From Glycera tridactyla (Eukaryota), in NCBI GenBank assembly GCA_965644265.1, contig OZ286464.1, forward strand, positions 51,460,125 to 51,524,000: a DNA stretch of 63,876 nucleotides, written 5' to 3'. This document shows positions 63,087 to 63,876 of the stretch, piece after piece; position 1 is the first letter of the stretch, and each line of letters starts with the position of its first letter. The notes under the pieces were generated by a model. The model did not search any database, was not told the DNA's origin, and saw only the letters and a program-made list of their open reading frames with translations. Both the position numbers and the translations under genes were made by a program.

Positions 63087-63876
63087 TGATGCGGGGTCCC
63101 CCGCCGATGTGGGACTATGACAGTGAGCACCACTGCTTCCTGAACTGCACAGAAAAAATGTGTTGGTTTTCTTCATATGGGGTCGACAATGTGCATGCCA
63201 TTATGGAGTGTTTCAAGTATGCCCATGGGTAGCCCAGCACTTGCCCAAGCTCAGAATAAATGTGCCAGTGCACATATGAACAATGAGAAAGATCAATAAG
63301 ATATGATTTGGTATGAATCAGTGCATTTGTTTTGAATACATGGATTCTGCACAGCGCATACCATCCTGAAGTGTTTGAAGCTCTTCAAGAAGATGCTTCC
63401 AGAAAGGTTGATTCAGTGTGGATTGGTGCAGCAGTCCACACTACATGGGTTCCTATAAGTCCATACCATCGACCATTTTAAATGTCAATGGGCAGCCTAT
63501 GCTACCCATCACTTGCCCAAACCCATGATAGAGATGTCAGTGCACAGCTACACATCAAGACACTTCAGGGAAAGTTCATTCGATGTGGATCGGTGAAGCC
63601 GTTTTAGAGAGATGAGTTCCAATAAGTCCAAATAAGAGTGCATGACATATTGAAGTCCTTCAGATATTTCAACTGCCCATGTGCAGCCCATTGCATGTAC
63701 AAATCTGTAATAAATCTGACAGTGCATACCTACACATCAGGACGCTTCAGGAAAACTTTATTTTGTGTGAATCGGTGGAGCGGTTGTGGAGATATGAGTT
63801 CTGCAAAGTGTGGATGGGAGTGCCTAGCATTCAGACATTTCACCTGCCCATGGGCAGCCCATCACATGGCAGAAGC

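Larger units (their letters stand above)
61310..63876 (-). mobile_element. HINE family 2 copy split by a LINE insertion (61310-61327 + 63087 to window end)
   Basis: AACAAGGCATCAGTGATG at 61310-61327 is identical to 42146-42163; the sequence resumes TGATGCGGGGT at 63087 and is colinear with 42159-42850. Confidence 0.88.

Overview
AT-rich, CpG-depleted, repeat-saturated animal genomic DNA. The repeat repertoire suggests a marine-invertebrate-type bilaterian (inference). It comes from a gapped scaffold with four N-runs. I cannot identify any host protein-coding gene. The only long ORF (61322-62713) is the reverse transcriptase of a 5'-truncated CR1/L2-group LINE, inserted into the terminal hairpin of a Helentron-type non-autonomous element (HINE). 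The rest contains: about 30 TA-flanked pogo/Tc1-type MITE copies plus a 1,025-bp longer relative; Tc2-like and hAT-like non-autonomous DNA transposons; several DINE-1-like HINEs, one carrying a ~10-unit 145-bp satellite; old CR1, Penelope and mariner relics; SINE remnants; and mini/microsatellites. Possible host-functional signals are two CpG-retaining promoter-like regions (1-330 and ~55.55-56.32 kb, the latter apparently bidirectional), a few candidate micro-exons and a 75-nt hairpin. The most unusual structures are the LINE-in-HINE composite, whose RT ORF gets its start codon from the junction, and an inverted pair of Penelope-type hammerhead-like motifs at 43.2-43.45 kb. I do not see a self-evident complete novel system. 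The findings are leads based on hand reading only.
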